The notes beneath the pieces are model-generated. The model saw only the letters and a program-made list of their open reading frames with translations, did no database searches and was not told the DNA's origin. Positions 31,215 through 45,368 of a DNA stretch of 64,000 nt are shown piece after piece (the first letter of the stretch is position 1; each line of letters opens with the position of its first letter). The position numbers and the translations under genes are program-made. The stretch is from the human T2T-CHM13v2.0 reference genome, Homo sapiens. The stretch lies in NCBI RefSeq assembly GCF_009914755.1, contig NC_060926.1; one strand, 5' to 3'.

Positions 31215-31740
31215 TCTATTTATTCCAGCAAATATATACTAAGCACCTACTGTGTGCCAGGCACTGAACTAGATGTTGGGCAGTCAGTGATGGTTGGAAC
31301 ACATCTTCTTCACGGATCAGAAACTCTTCCTGGGGAGACACATGAGCTGGATTATGAAACACAATGGAAACGCAGTGAAAAATATAAACAAGGTTGTGTG
31401 AAAGAGGACCAGGAGAGAGTGTGCATGTGTGGGTGTGTGTGCATGTGTGTGGTGTGGGTGTGGTGGCGGCATTGGACAGTGGGAGGAAACCACTTTGGCA
31501 AGGCTGGCTGGGAACCCATCCCCAGAGAGAGAGAGAAATTTCAGCTAAGCCCTGATGTGGGAGGAGCCAGGCACAGAAGGAAGCACATTTTGGCCAGAGG
31601 GAGCAGCACACAGAAAGTCCTGGAAGCACAGGAGACATGGGATGATAAAGGCAGGTGCAAAGGAAAGGTGACCACTGTGGTGGGAGCAAAGTGATCAAGG
31701 GTGAGAGAGTGGATGCGGTTTTAGAGAAGGGCAAGGAGTG
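31215..31740 (-). mobile_element. L2 3' fragment
   Basis: TATTTATTCCAGCAAATAT...AAGCACCTACTGTGTGCCAGGCACTG is the antisense L2 3' end. Confidence 0.75.
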
Positions 31741-31767
31741 TCATTTGAGACTTCTTAAAAATCAAGC

Positions 31768-32600
31768 GTTTTATTTTAGAATAGTTTTAGATTTACAGAA
31801 ACATTGCAAAGATAGTACCAAGGGTTCCCATCTACCCTGAACCCATTTTCCTCTACTGTTAATATCTTACATTGGAATCATGCATTTGTCACAACCAACT
31901 AACCAACAAGGACACACTATTATTCAGTATTCACAAGTTGTCTTTTTTGAGCCTTTCCTTACTTTCTGACTACAGGATACTCCAGGCTCAACAGGTTTAT
32001 TTCTTGCCCCAGCCCTAGAATCGGTCAATTCTCCCAGGGAGCCCTGATTCCTTTTACTGGAAAGTGATATTAGAAACCAAGATGTGGGTGCTAGGCATGC
32101 TTGATACCACTGGGATGTCATTGCTTCTAGGCCCTTGCAGCCAAAAGCGCTTAGAAATGTATGTGTACATATATGCATACCTATACTTATTTCTCCATTG
32201 ATCCATCTGTATCTATATGAGGCTAAACATGAGTTTGATGTTTCCAGCTCTAATTCCGTATCACACAAATCATTCCAGCTTCCTCCCCTTGCTTATCTCT
32301 AATCTCCCACTGCAACGGGAAGAAACCTGGCTCCTGACATTCTGCACCCATTTACTTAAGTGTCCCATTCTATATCCATGTATGGTGGTGCAGAGTTGCT
32401 AACCCCTAACCCCATAAGAAACATCGCTACCATCTAAAGCAGAGTGCTTGTGAGCAGCTCTCTTTGACTGTGGTCTTACAGACTCCACTCCTTTGCAAAG
32501 TCACTAGGGTCAGCACCCTGCACCCTTCAGCAAGGCCGTGCCATACATTTGCAAGTTAGATTCTTGGGTCACAGTTTGCATTGCATCCTGGCATCCCCTG
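31768..32600 (-). mobile_element. L1MC/L1MD 3'-end fragments
   Basis: TTTTATTTTAGAATAGTTTTAGATTTACAGAAAC... and ATTAGAAACCAAGATGTGGGTGCTAGG. Confidence 0.75.
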
Positions 32601-33701
32601 GCCTCACTGAAGGCTTGTTGCATTGGGTGCCTTGCTCATGCACTCTCTGGCTACTGTGATGTGGAGAGACTTCAGTGAGTCAAGACAGAAGACAGGCACC
32701 AACACTGCACCTGGCGAGAGGTTTAGACCTGGGAGGTGGCCATGGAGAGGAGAATATGTAGATGAGATAAATTTTAGACACAGAGCTATGGATTTGAATT
32801 ACATTTTTGAAGTAAGTACAAAGATGTCCCAGAGGGAGCATCTCTCTCCATTAAATGTTGTCCTGAAACCAGAAGTCTTCACCCTCCTCTTCCCAGCCCC
32901 CATGACACTGGGTAGGAGGAATCCTTAATTGTGACATCACCATACCCCAAAGAACCACGCCTACTAGCAAGCACATCATTACTTATGTGGATCTCATCTT
33001 TCAGTGCGGGTGGATTGGGTTGTCTAATCATCACGGGCGCCGGTCATAAATACTGCTGTCTGGGCTGTTTTCAACAGTCACGTGATGTGGGAAACACTGT
33101 CACTCACCTAAGCCATCTGCTCAGAACCAGGAGCAGCTGAGCTAGGCCTGGCAAACGGGACAATATATACACGTTCTGCTCCTTTGATAGATTTGTTTGG
33201 GGAAAATGTTCTAGTGATTAATGGGCCATTTCCTTGCTGATACGCTGCACGTGTAGCCATTAACAAATGATTCCAGTGCAGCCTTGGCAAAGCCCCTCCT
33301 GTGTCATCTCAGGATGCGGCTGGCAGGGCAGGCGGGAGGGGCTGGTGTCTGGGATGAGGTCAAGGCCCAGGGAAAACAGCCTTCCTTTGTGTTCTGGCTG
33401 AGGAGGTGGGTCTGGTGGGGGCTGCAGGGAGCCCACAGAAGGACCAGGGTGGGGGTCCAGGCTGCCGGACCCAGCACTTCACTCCCATTACTCCTAATAA
33501 TATTCCTGCTGATGGCCCTGCAGGCACGTGCTCCTTCTTTAAGGATGGGCGGGCTTTTCTTCAACTCATGATCATATGTTTTGCTTCTCGGGGAACTTCT
33601 CGTTGGTTTTACTGGCACTGTCACGGGCCCTGGGTAGCACCTGGGGACTCTGTCTTACGATTAGGGACAAAGAGACAGAGAACTGACAGCCCTAAAGAGG
33701 T

Positions 33702-33809
33702 TTGTCCCTGGGCTCAGTGTCACCCAGCAACCAGAAGGGACCCCTCATGTGGTGGCTTGTCCCTGGACTCAGTGTCACCCAGCAAGCAGAAGGGACTCCC
33801 TCATGTGGT
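33702..33809. repeat. 55-bp tandem duplication (2 copies)
   Basis: TTGTCCCTGGRCTCAGTGTCACCCAGCAASCAGAAGGGAC(T)CCCTCATGTGGT twice. Confidence 0.93.
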
Positions 33810-35378
33810 TATTGGTGAAGGTGAGCATTCTCAGAGTCCCTGCTGGGACAGTCCCCAAAGAGGCCTCTGCTCATGGGGGGCTCATGGCTCACTGGGGCTT
33901 ACTCCACTGAGAAGGGAGGTAAGCGAGTCAGGGTGGAGCTCCCACCAGCTCAGTCTCTTAACTTGGACTCTGCAGAGCCTCAAGGAGCACCTCACAAGCC
34001 TGCTTCGAATGCAGGCTCCCAGGCCTGGGAGAGGTGCACCCCATCCCTATTGTACCCCCTTCCTGATGAAAGGAGAGAAATGATTCCAGGGTTCCAGAGA
34101 CTCAAGCAGCTTAGAAATCTCTGCACTGAGAGCCTACTTTATCCAGCCCCACCTTCTGCTCCCATTTCCATTCCAACTCCCCCTGGCTCTTCCCTCCTGG
34201 CTGCCTGGGACTCCTCTACCCATTAAGGCTCAGCTCAGATTTCGCCTTCTCAGGGATAACATCATTAGCCCCTAAGGCAGAAGAGATAGCCTTCTCTGTG
34301 CCCCTCTAATGTGTCACGTTTATGCTAAAAATGGCGTTACCATGCTGCAATGGGAGTAGCTGTTAGTGATTCCCCCAGTCCTTAGAGTATGGGATTCATG
34401 AAGTCAGGACTTAAGTCTTCACATTCCTGGAGCCTCCCACAAAATACACACTCAGCAAAGTGCCTGGGAGGAAGCTGTCAATGAAAATGATGGAGGAGCC
34501 CTACCCTCTTGTGGGGCTTGCGATAGCGGTGGGGCCTTTTCCTTCTCCTTTATGGGGTGCGTTAAGGCACAAGGGAAGTGGAATTTAAGAAGTATCCTTC
34601 AATGCTTGTCAAACTGTGGGTTGTGAAACAACTTAGAAGGTGGTGGCCAGCATTAGTTTAGTGGAATAAAACGTTGGATAGAATACAGTGCAATGGACAG
34701 ATAAACAGTGTGCATGTATGTGTGTGTATGCATGTGTACGTACATATGTGTTTATGTATGTGTTGTGTATATACATATACTTTATACATAAAGAATAAGA
34801 ATTGTTCCACAGAGCTTTTGTTTCTGCTACATGATTACACACACATGCATACAGGATGCACTGGAATTCATCTCAGGGACAGACTCCGCACTCAGCTTTG
34901 GCTTCAGCCTTGCTCTTCAGAAGGGCAGTCAGCTGGAAGCCCATTTCAACATCCTTTTTGGCTTTCCTGGCAGCCTGCAGATCAAGGATCGGGTGACCCT
35001 GCAGGTTACTTTCCTATCTGATCAGTGTAACAACAGTAATAAAATTGACAAGGCGTATCATAGGACTTTTGCTAATATATGTTCATTCCCTTCTAAACAC
35101 AGATAACCATTCTACATGTAACCTGGAATAAAAGTCACCTTGAGTACTTTATATTTCAAAATTCTTTCAGGCCACGGAAATATAAATGCATATTTATTCA
35201 TATTGCATGAGTAAAATTCTAGAATAAATGACCATTTGAAATCTATTAATTTTATACATAAAACTTATTACTAAAATGTTTCCTATAGTTAAATAAGGAA
35301 ATGGACTGGCAAGTAATGCATAAAAAGATCATATGTGTTAGAAAATGTTAATAATAACTTTGTTTTAAAGCCTTTTGA

Positions 35379-35687
<309 letters not shown>

Positions 35688-36274
35688 CTAATCTTTGTAG
35701 AACTATTTGGGTATTGGTATTCATCAAAGTAAACATAATCTAAATACCTGTATTTAACTTTTTCTTGTTTAACTCCATTTAGGCTATACGTCTTTCAAGG
35801 GAAAATCCTGTTGATAATTTGTCACATCTTAAAAGCAAAATATCAACAGTTTGCCATCTCAAATAATGAAAAGAAGGGAAAACCCCCAAATCATGATCTT
35901 AACATATGCGTCAACAGCATCGAGAAGATGAAGAAAACAGGTCTTACTCACCCACCCACTTTCAGCTGAGGTTGGTTAAGGAAACAAAGTATTTTAGGGG
36001 GCCTCATATTTCTCTATTTTGTATTGCAAATGCATAGCAGGAGAGCCGATAGTACTGAGAAATCACTGTTCCTGCACTTTACTGTCAAACTTTAAAGTCT
36101 TGATCTCCAAAATTTAAGAACATAATAATGATAAGTAAACATAAACAGAAGCTTAAAAATATTTCCATTTTACTCTTTTTATTATTAAACCCTGGATGCT
36201 TCAACCTCAGTTTTAGTCAACTATTGATTTTACCATTTATTCAGTAGCCAATAAGTGTATTCAATGTACCTTTA

Positions 36275-36492
36275 GTGTGTCTGTGTGCGTACATGCACAT
36301 ATGTGTGTCTCTGTGCATGTATGTATGTACATGTGTGCATCTGTGTCTGTGCATGTTCTGTTCAAGTCTCTATGTGCATCTGTGTGCATGACACGTGTGT
36401 GCATGCATGTGCACATATGTGCGTATGTATGATTGTGTGTGCCTGTGTGTGTACATGTGTGTGTGCACAAGTAGGACACGTGTGCATACACT
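36275..36492. repeat. Degenerate (TG)/(CA) purine-pyrimidine tract
   Basis: About 215 bp of mostly alternating RY sequence. Confidence 0.9.
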
Positions 36493-38201
36493 GATTCACT
36501 ATGTAATAGTGTTCTGGGCACCTCATTGTCACATTTGAACCTCAAAGTAAGGCAGGTTCTTCATTCATTGAGCACGTGAAGAGATGGAGGCTCAGATAAG
36601 TTAAACAACGAGCCCCAAGTCACACTTGAGTTAGAGTAGTCTCAACCCAGATGGAGGCATGACTTACAAGCTTGTGTGCCTTCCTACACACCTTCCTGCT
36701 CCAGAGACTCCTATGACTTCCATTAATTAATTAGCTAGTTGTCCAACATTTGTTGAGCACTTTAGGCATGGACAATGTGCCTCTTGACACTAAAATGAAA
36801 AGATTCAATCTCAAAGATGAGATGATATTGTAGTTTAAAGCAGATGGTTCCCAGTGCCAAGCATCAGGATGAAAGGGCTCCCCTGGGGATGACACTCAGA
36901 CAGCCAAGAGTCAGAAGCACCTGCTCTTATGTGGGTGAGTCAGAGAAGGGGCCCAATCAGTGGCCACCCTCCAGGGTAGACTGAGGATGGATGGAGGATT
37001 ACCGAACGGTGGGGAGGAACAGAGGATAAGAGGATGGGATTCCAGAATAATATGCTCAGGACACACAGCTGGTTTGAGGTGGCTGCAGCAAAGACTCCGG
37101 GAGTCACAGGAGGGCAGGACAGATGTGCTGACAGTGGGACAAGGTCAATTTCATGGATGCCTTGTAAGCTGGCTCAAGGCATTCAGACATTAACTGGGTA
37201 GTGGTGGGAGAGAGGGGTCTGGCCAGGGGAAGGTTTTGAGCCAGAGTGGCAGGTCTTGATTTGCACTGTACAATATCATGAGGCAGTGGTGTGCAGGATA
37301 AGTTGGAAAGGGGAGTGAGGCAGAGAGGAAAGAGCCAGAAGTCACTCCCAGGTTCCTCTAACTGGCTCTGCCCCCTGCCTGCTTGGTGTGGGCTGGGGGA
37401 GGGGATGGTATGGAAGCTGAACAGGTATGAACAGAAGTCCTGCAGGTAAGAATTCCACGTGCTGATTGTTGTGCTGGGTTATGAAGAGAAAGGGACAGAG
37501 GTGTGAGCGTAGGATGTGCTGGGTTTGTGAGGGCTGGGAGTGAGCAGGTAGGGGCTGGTTGGCTCAGTGGGGACTACAGGGCCCTGGCTCCAGTGGGAAA
37601 TATGGTGTTCTGCAACAGAGAGATGAGTGGAAGATGGGTCACTGGCTTGTGTCCCTGGAAGAGCCCAGACTTGACCCCAAGCCATCTCCTGGTTGTAGGA
37701 GTGACTGGCAGCCACATTAGGAGCCAGCAGAGACGTGATGCTGGCAGGTGGGCTCCTAACAAACCCGCCCCATGCTCCAGTGCCCACCCTCTTGGGAGAC
37801 CAGGCATTCCTGGAGCCCCTGCCCAAGGATGCTTCTTCTCTGTCATTGATTCTGGGGCATGATGGTGCTAGGCTGGAGTCCCAGGGCTCCTCCAGCTCAG
37901 GATCATTTTCCTTTACATGAGAGGATGGGGACTTGTCAGAGTTGTGAGGAGCTTCTTGCTCAAATTCAGGTCTGCCCCAGTCCCAGCCCACACCCGGGCT
38001 ACGGCGGCCACCACAGGCCTGTAGAGGGCTCTTCTCAGGGCCAGGGGCTGGATATGAGGTCCCACTTAGAGGTGATAAGTGACATAGGAGAGTGGCCCCC
38101 TCGCCATCTGCTATGATTCCCACGTGACATTCACAGCTCTTTGGGATCTTCAATCTCTTTCATTGAAACATTACAGACTCAGGGATCTGGGGGCAGCCTC
38201 C

Positions 38202-38282
38202 GGAGCCCAGCACATGGGTGCACACTCTGGGGCCCAGCACGTGGGTGCACACTCTGGAGTCCAGCAGGTGGGTGCACACTCT
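38202..38282. repeat. 27-bp tandem repeat x3
   Basis: GGRGYCCAGCASRTGGGTGCACACTCT three times. Confidence 0.95.
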
Positions 38283-38349
38283 GGCCACCTCCTGCAGGAG
38301 AGTTGGGACACATTTGAAACCCTGGGGACAGGGTGGGGGACTTCATGGG

Positions 38350-38512
38350 TCTGAAGGTGGCTCTGAACCTTGGATACAGTCAACGTGTGCAATTAGGAGA
38401 TTCCAGGAACCCCCTGAAATTGTGGGGAACAATTTGTGTGATTTTTTAAGTGTTCACAGCTTCCATAGTATTTTCAAAGGGGTCAATGACCCAGAAATGG
38501 TTAGAAACCTAT
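38350..38512 (-). mobile_element. hAT-Charlie MITE (MER117-like)
   Basis: GAACCCCCTGAAATTGT...TCAAAGGGGTCAATGACCCAGAAATGGTTAGAAACC. Confidence 0.55.
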
Positions 38513-39624
38513 TTCTCCTGTAAGTTTAACCACACTTCTGGTTCACTGGCATTTCTCCTGGACTGCTTTTAAAATAATTGTTGGAAAACCCCATTTCACA
38601 TACTGTAGGTGGCAGCAGTCCAGAGTAAAGAGGTACTATTGCCCATTGAGGAACAGAGCCTGAGGTTGAAGGTCTGGGCTAGGGTCATTCCTTGGCAGGG
38701 GATTAATCAAAGCAAGGGGAGCTCCAGCCTGCCCAGGGTGCCTGGGGAGCCAGGATAGTTTCCAACCCAGCTGTGGGAAAAGGGCCCACGGCAGGAAGCA
38801 GGAAAGAAAGGATGGATGTCAGCGTTTAGAACCCTGGACACTTCACCAGAGAGCAGGGCTAGGAAAGGCCTTGTCACTTGGGATATGAACTTCATTCATT
38901 ATAAAGCCAAATTGCGTTGTAGCCAGCTATAGCTCAGCCCTGGGGATATGGGGGAGGAAATGAGTCTGTGAGGACTTTGCATGTGCCTGCCTGGCCTACC
39001 TCATCCTGGGAGGAGGAGAGAGGTCACAAGGAACTCTGTTCCGAAAAGTACCCTCATAGTCAGAGCACACATCTGCCCTCAGTACTTGCGGCCATGTAAA
39101 TTCCCAGTTGGACATGTACCCTGGGCAGTCTTATCCATGTGGACCGAAGTGCAGGAGAGTAAACCCCTTGGAGAAAGTGAGTTCAAAGATGTCCTAATCT
39201 AGTCCACATGTGGTAACTGTATGAGGACTGCCAAGGGTCCACTTTGGGCAAATTCCCACAGTTCCACTTTCTGGGTCATCGTTTTCTTCTCCCAGCATCT
39301 TCCTTAGGGATTTTGAGCTGCAGGATGGCAGAGCCCTTAATTCCTGGGCCTCATATTTCCACGACCCCTCATCTCCAGGAACCTTTCCACCGATAACTCA
39401 ATCTCTCCATCCCTTGACAGAGCTCCATTTACAAGCCATACAACCATTCCCTCCTGTCTACCTCTTCTTTATTTCTTTGAGATCTATTCTGTCTAGGGCT
39501 CCTCACTGGCATTGGACCGAGGTTTCATCACCATTGCCGACTCCTCTCCCTTTAACTTCTCCCTTCACTCCTTCCTGGTTGACGCTCATCTGGAGCCCTT
39601 CATCTGCCTACTCAGTTTCAACCC

Positions 39625-40050
39625 TGGTCAGTCAGGGTTCTGCAGTTGCAAACAACAGACGTAGACTCTGGCTAATTGAAGCAAAATAGTATTATATAGA
39701 AAAAAATATAGAATCTGTCACAAAATAGAAAGACAGCTAAGAACCAAGCAGCTGGAGGGGGCTCTGGGTGCAAGAACTACTGTGTAGCCAGGTGGTCTCT
39801 TCAGGGCTCAGTTCTCACAGCAAACAAGCCCCAGCCAATTTCTGACCTTGAACCCCTCAGTTTGATGTTCAAATGTTCAAGAGAATCTAATTGGTCTGGT
39901 CTGGGCCCTGTTCCCAGTTTTGGATGTTGGATGCATTCAGAGTGGTGGTGGAAATGGGAGACGGTGGGTCCCTAAAGGAACATCAAGGTCCTATTACTAG
40001 GAGAAGTGGGAAGGGATGCCAGGCAGGTAGAAGCACATATGTCCATCGGA
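39625..40050 (-). mobile_element. Old MaLR LTR (MLT1J/K/L-like)
   Basis: GTCAGGGTTCTGCAGTTGCAAACAACAGA...ACTCTGGCTAATT; approximate. Confidence 0.55.
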
Positions 40051-41399
40051 AGGCCTCAGACAGGACACAGGCACAGTGAGAAACCAGAGAACATTCCCAC
40101 GGAGCAAGAACACTTCTGAATGTAACTACAGTCCTGTCTGTTGAATGTTACAAGCCCAGATTGATAAGCAAATTTCCCTGGGGTCAGCTGGTGCTAACCC
40201 CACATGGCAGGATGGAGCAAGGCTGATGGATGTTGTTTATGGAAACTGACCACGTGGTAATCTTGCAGCCACACTCCAGCTATTGTCCCGCAGGATATGA
40301 GATAGAATTCACATGCTTCAGGAAGGGTGAGTGTTAAACAGTGTGTCATTTCAGCAGGGAATGAGATAGAGGAAGAATGGGATTTCTAACTGAAATTCCA
40401 CAGCTCAGCCTCTCTTTTCAAAACCCAGCAAGCCCAAGACCACCTTTAAGCTGGAGCCCAGAAGTGGGCCACCTAGTTCAGGTGAGACTAGACCTGGAGT
40501 GATGCCTGCATTCTGGCCCTGGGTCTGCCACGACTCAGCTTATGTTTTTAGATCATCAATTCATCTCCTTGGGCCTCATGTGCTCATCTTGAAAACGAGG
40601 CTAGTTGTTAAGGTAACGTTCCTTGTCATACCCTTTTCTGAAACTACAGCCAAAAGGCCCAAGCTGTACCATGTGCAAAGCTATTTGTGACTCCATCTGG
40701 GGTTTTATCACAATGTACACTGATCATTTCACTGTGTGTGTTTCCCCAGTGGTGCACAGTGATCTCCTCCAGGGCAGGGATTCTCATTTATATTTGTGTC
40801 TGATATACCCAGAATAATGAAGGACTCATGTATAATAAGCTCTGTATCTCAGAGGCTAACTTCCACAATCTTAGAGGATTCTATGTTCACAAAACACAAG
40901 GTGGGCCCCTTTCCACTGAAAGCACCCGAGAGAAAGGAAGCCACCTGGCTCGGGTAGGCGGTCTCTCCTACCATCACTGTACTGTGTTTTAGGAAAGTTA
41001 TCTCTCTTTGGAGCCCACTGAAAAAAGAAAATCTAGATACAAAGAGAGGGACTGGGTCAGCTGGGCCCTCACATTTCTGGAAATAACTGAGTGAAAGGAT
41101 TAGGTTAGGGCTCACCCAGGCCAGGGTGCGGCTTTCAGGCAGGAGGGCAGGGCAGGTCAGGCTCCTCTCGCCTCCTCCTGTGCTGGTGGGATGAGGGGCT
41201 GTATCAAGTCACGGCATTCCTTTGTGTCATCGTGCTCTTCCATAATGACCCCCACGCTGGGACTAGGTCCATCTTTTCGAAGGAGACCCAAGGGCTTGAG
41301 AGTCACGGGACAGACCCCACACTATGGATTGCCATGTGGTTTTCTCCCCATGAGCCCCCCAGTGTGGGCTGCTGTTTTGATTTTAAGGATACAAAGAGC

Positions 41400-42180
<781 letters not shown>

Positions 42181-43725
42181 GGAGAGAGAGAGACAGAGAA
42201 CTGACTGCATTTTTAATACAAGAAGCCTCAATATTTAGACTTCCAATAGAACTCAAAATATCAGCCCTGGTGATAAAAGAAGAAACCAAAATGAATGGCA
42301 AAGCAACAAGGCCAGCAAAATGAATCCGGATGTGGGCCAGGCTTAGCTCCACCTCATGCTGAAGTCCCTGGCCTGCGACAGCCTGAGCCCTGCCCAAGGC
42401 CCCTACAAGCCCAAGGGACAACTCCGCAGCCCCCGCAGCCCGGCTTCTGCTCTGTGTGCACACAGCACACATGTGAATGCTGCACCTCTCGGAGCCTCAC
42501 AAAACACATGCAAACTCAGGCAAAGTCCTTTTGAGCACAGTCTGGAGTCTGGGGAAACAGAAGTGTGACAGAAGGGGTTTTCATAGCCAAAATGTAAGGA
42601 ATTGCAGTAAGAACTGAGTAACACCTGCGAACATTGACCCGCGCTGTCCACGTAACTGCCCCAAGACCAGCAAGCTTCACTGACGCTTCTGCTTGTCCAG
42701 CGTCTTTTCATGTCTCTGACTCTTCCATTCTTCCTCTTTACCACCGCCTCCCCGCCCCACCCCCACCACCACCACCACGTCTTCCTCATTCTCCCTAACT
42801 TTCCCCAAAAGCGGTAGATTCCTTCATTGGAATGGCGGAGCAGCTCTTGCCTCCTCTGGGGCCTCTGTTGCAGGGTTGAGCTGCGTTCCAGTGGCTCATC
42901 TTTTACACGACAATTCTCAGGGGACTCTCCCAATGTTGGTTCTGCACCTAAGAGGAATTCTTAGCAGCAGCAGCAGCTAAGAAGACACAGCGTTATTCAC
43001 AGCATTCCTGGGCTACTGGGAGATACTAATAGCTGCTGGGAAAACTAGCTAGGTATCTGGGGATGGGGAGAAGATGTAATTTAGATTCATCCATATCTTA
43101 CATCAAAGTAGCAGAATAAGTTCAGATAGAAAAAGGAATGAAATGCAAAAATGTTCCATAGAAGTCAATACTTGATCCAAGCTATTTAAGATTAAAAGTA
43201 ATGGAAGAAATAATAAAATGAAGGTTGAGAGGCTCAGCTACATAAAAATATGAAACTCCTATATAAGTGGGCAACTTTTAAAGACAATCAGTGTATTTGG
43301 GAATAATCTATATTAAACATGACTGGTTTCTACCTTTTATATAAAGCTCAGACAAAGCAATAAAAAGAACGGTAATGTGTTTAATGTAAAAGGTGATGAT
43401 TAAACAGACTGTTCTCTGCAGATGAAATAAAAATGGTTAACATAAAGCGTTTCAATTTAATTTTGAAAGAAAACCAAATTCCACATCAACATGTAATTTA
43501 CTTTCTGTATAATTGTCTAAAGATTTTAATGATAATCATTAATGTTAGCAAATCTGTGGTGACATGGGGAAAGAAAAGTAGTCTCAGTTTTTATAGAATT
43601 CTAAGTTTTAAGAAACCTCCCAGAAAGCAATTTGGCAATTATGATCAGAGGCCTTATGATGTTCGTTTGGATCAATTCTTCTAGGAATCTATCCTGAGTA
43701 CACTCATTGAAATATTTATACCTAG

Positions 43726-43940
<215 letters not shown>

Positions 43941-44585
43941 TAATGTCTAATAGCATTTGGATGGCTAAATTCCATAAAATGGGATATAATACAGATACTA
44001 AAAATAATGTTTTGGTAGATTTCACTGACAATTAGTCAATATTAATTTTAAATGAAATATTAAAATATTCTATATGAATTTAATATTTCTTAATAAGTAA
44101 ACATGCATATATATTCATAACATATTATAACATTGTATAAATATTTTTAGCAAAAGACTGGAAAGATGCTGAGACAACTGGATATCTTGGGAAGAAAAAT
44201 GCACTGTATAAAAATCACACCCAGATTTATTATAAATTTAAATGTTAAAGGAAAAATAATGAAGACTGTAGAAAAAAATCACATTTTAATGAACATGAAA
44301 TAGACAAAGAGTTCTTAAGCAGGACACAAAGAGTGCTGAATCATAAAGAAAGAAATAAGATAGCATTAAAACAGTCTGAAATGAATAGAAATGAAAGCCA
44401 CTTCCACAGTAGAAGAAGAGATTTGCAATACATATGTCTAATATATTAAAAATGTTTTAGATCAATAAAGAGATGAAAAGCCTAGTAGAAAAAATGAGAC
44501 ATTTCACAAATGAGGCTATCCAAATGTCTAATACACATGAAAAGAATGGCTAAAATGAAAAAGATGGGGAAAAACAAAGGGTCGA

Positions 44586-44937
44586 TGATATGGTTTGGCT
44601 GTGTCCCCACCCAAATCTCATCTTGAATTCCCATGTGTTGTGGGAGGTACCTGGTGCGAGGTAATTGAATTGTGGGGGCAGGTCTTTCCCATGCTGTTCC
44701 ATGAGAGTGAATAAGTCTCACAAGATCTGATGGTTTTGAAAAATGGTAGTCTCCCTGCACAAGCTCTCTCTTTGCCTGCTGCCATCCACATAAGACGTGA
44801 CTTGCTCCTCCTTGCCTTCCACCATGATTGTGAGGCTTCCCCAGTCACACACTGTGAGTCCAATTAAACCTCTTTCTTTTGTAAATTGCCCAGTCTCAGG
44901 TATGTCTTTATCAGCAACGTGAAAATGGACTAATGCA
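44586..44937 (+). mobile_element. THE1 solo LTR (THE1C-like)
   Basis: TGATATGGTTTGGCTGTGTCCCCACCCAAATCTCATCTTG...GAAAATGGACTAATGCA. Confidence 0.93.
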
Positions 44938-45100
44938 GTTAATAAGAATGTAGATTGAGCTGCCAGCAGGATCATGTACTGTTGGTGGGAGTGTAAATTG
45001 GTGCAACCACTTGGGAAAACTATTTGGCCATAGCTACAAAAGTTGATTACAGGTGTAATTAGCTATGTAATTTGTAACTACATAGCTATGTAATTTGTAA

Positions 45101-45292
45101 TTCCCACACTGTTCTTATGATAGTGAATAAGTCTCACAAGATCTGATGGTTTTGAAAAATGAGTCTCCCTGCACAAGCTCTCTCTTTGCCTGCTGCCCTC
45201 CATGTAAGATGTGACTTGCTCCTCCTTGCCTTCCGCCATGATTGTGAAGCTTCCCTAGTCATGTGGACTTATAAGTCCAATTAAACCTCTTT
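45101..45292 (+). repeat. Partial second copy of the THE1 LTR (corresponds to 44686-44875)
   Basis: Direct repeat lacking LTR termini; both copies share GGTTTTGAAAAATG and GTCTCCCTGCAC. Confidence 0.92.
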
Positions 45293-45368
45293 GTAGGCTA
45301 TGTAATAGTGATGTAATCTGTAATTACACCTGTAATCAGCTTTTGTAGCTATGGCCAAATAGTTGTGT

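Noticed and set aside
33406-34083. 225-aa ORF
   Set aside because: GTG start, no recognisable domain, includes a 55-bp tandem duplication; consistent with chance in GC-rich DNA
37479-38153. 224-aa minus-strand ORF
   Set aside because: No recognisable homology, composition typical of random GC-rich ORFs, no promoter or splice context
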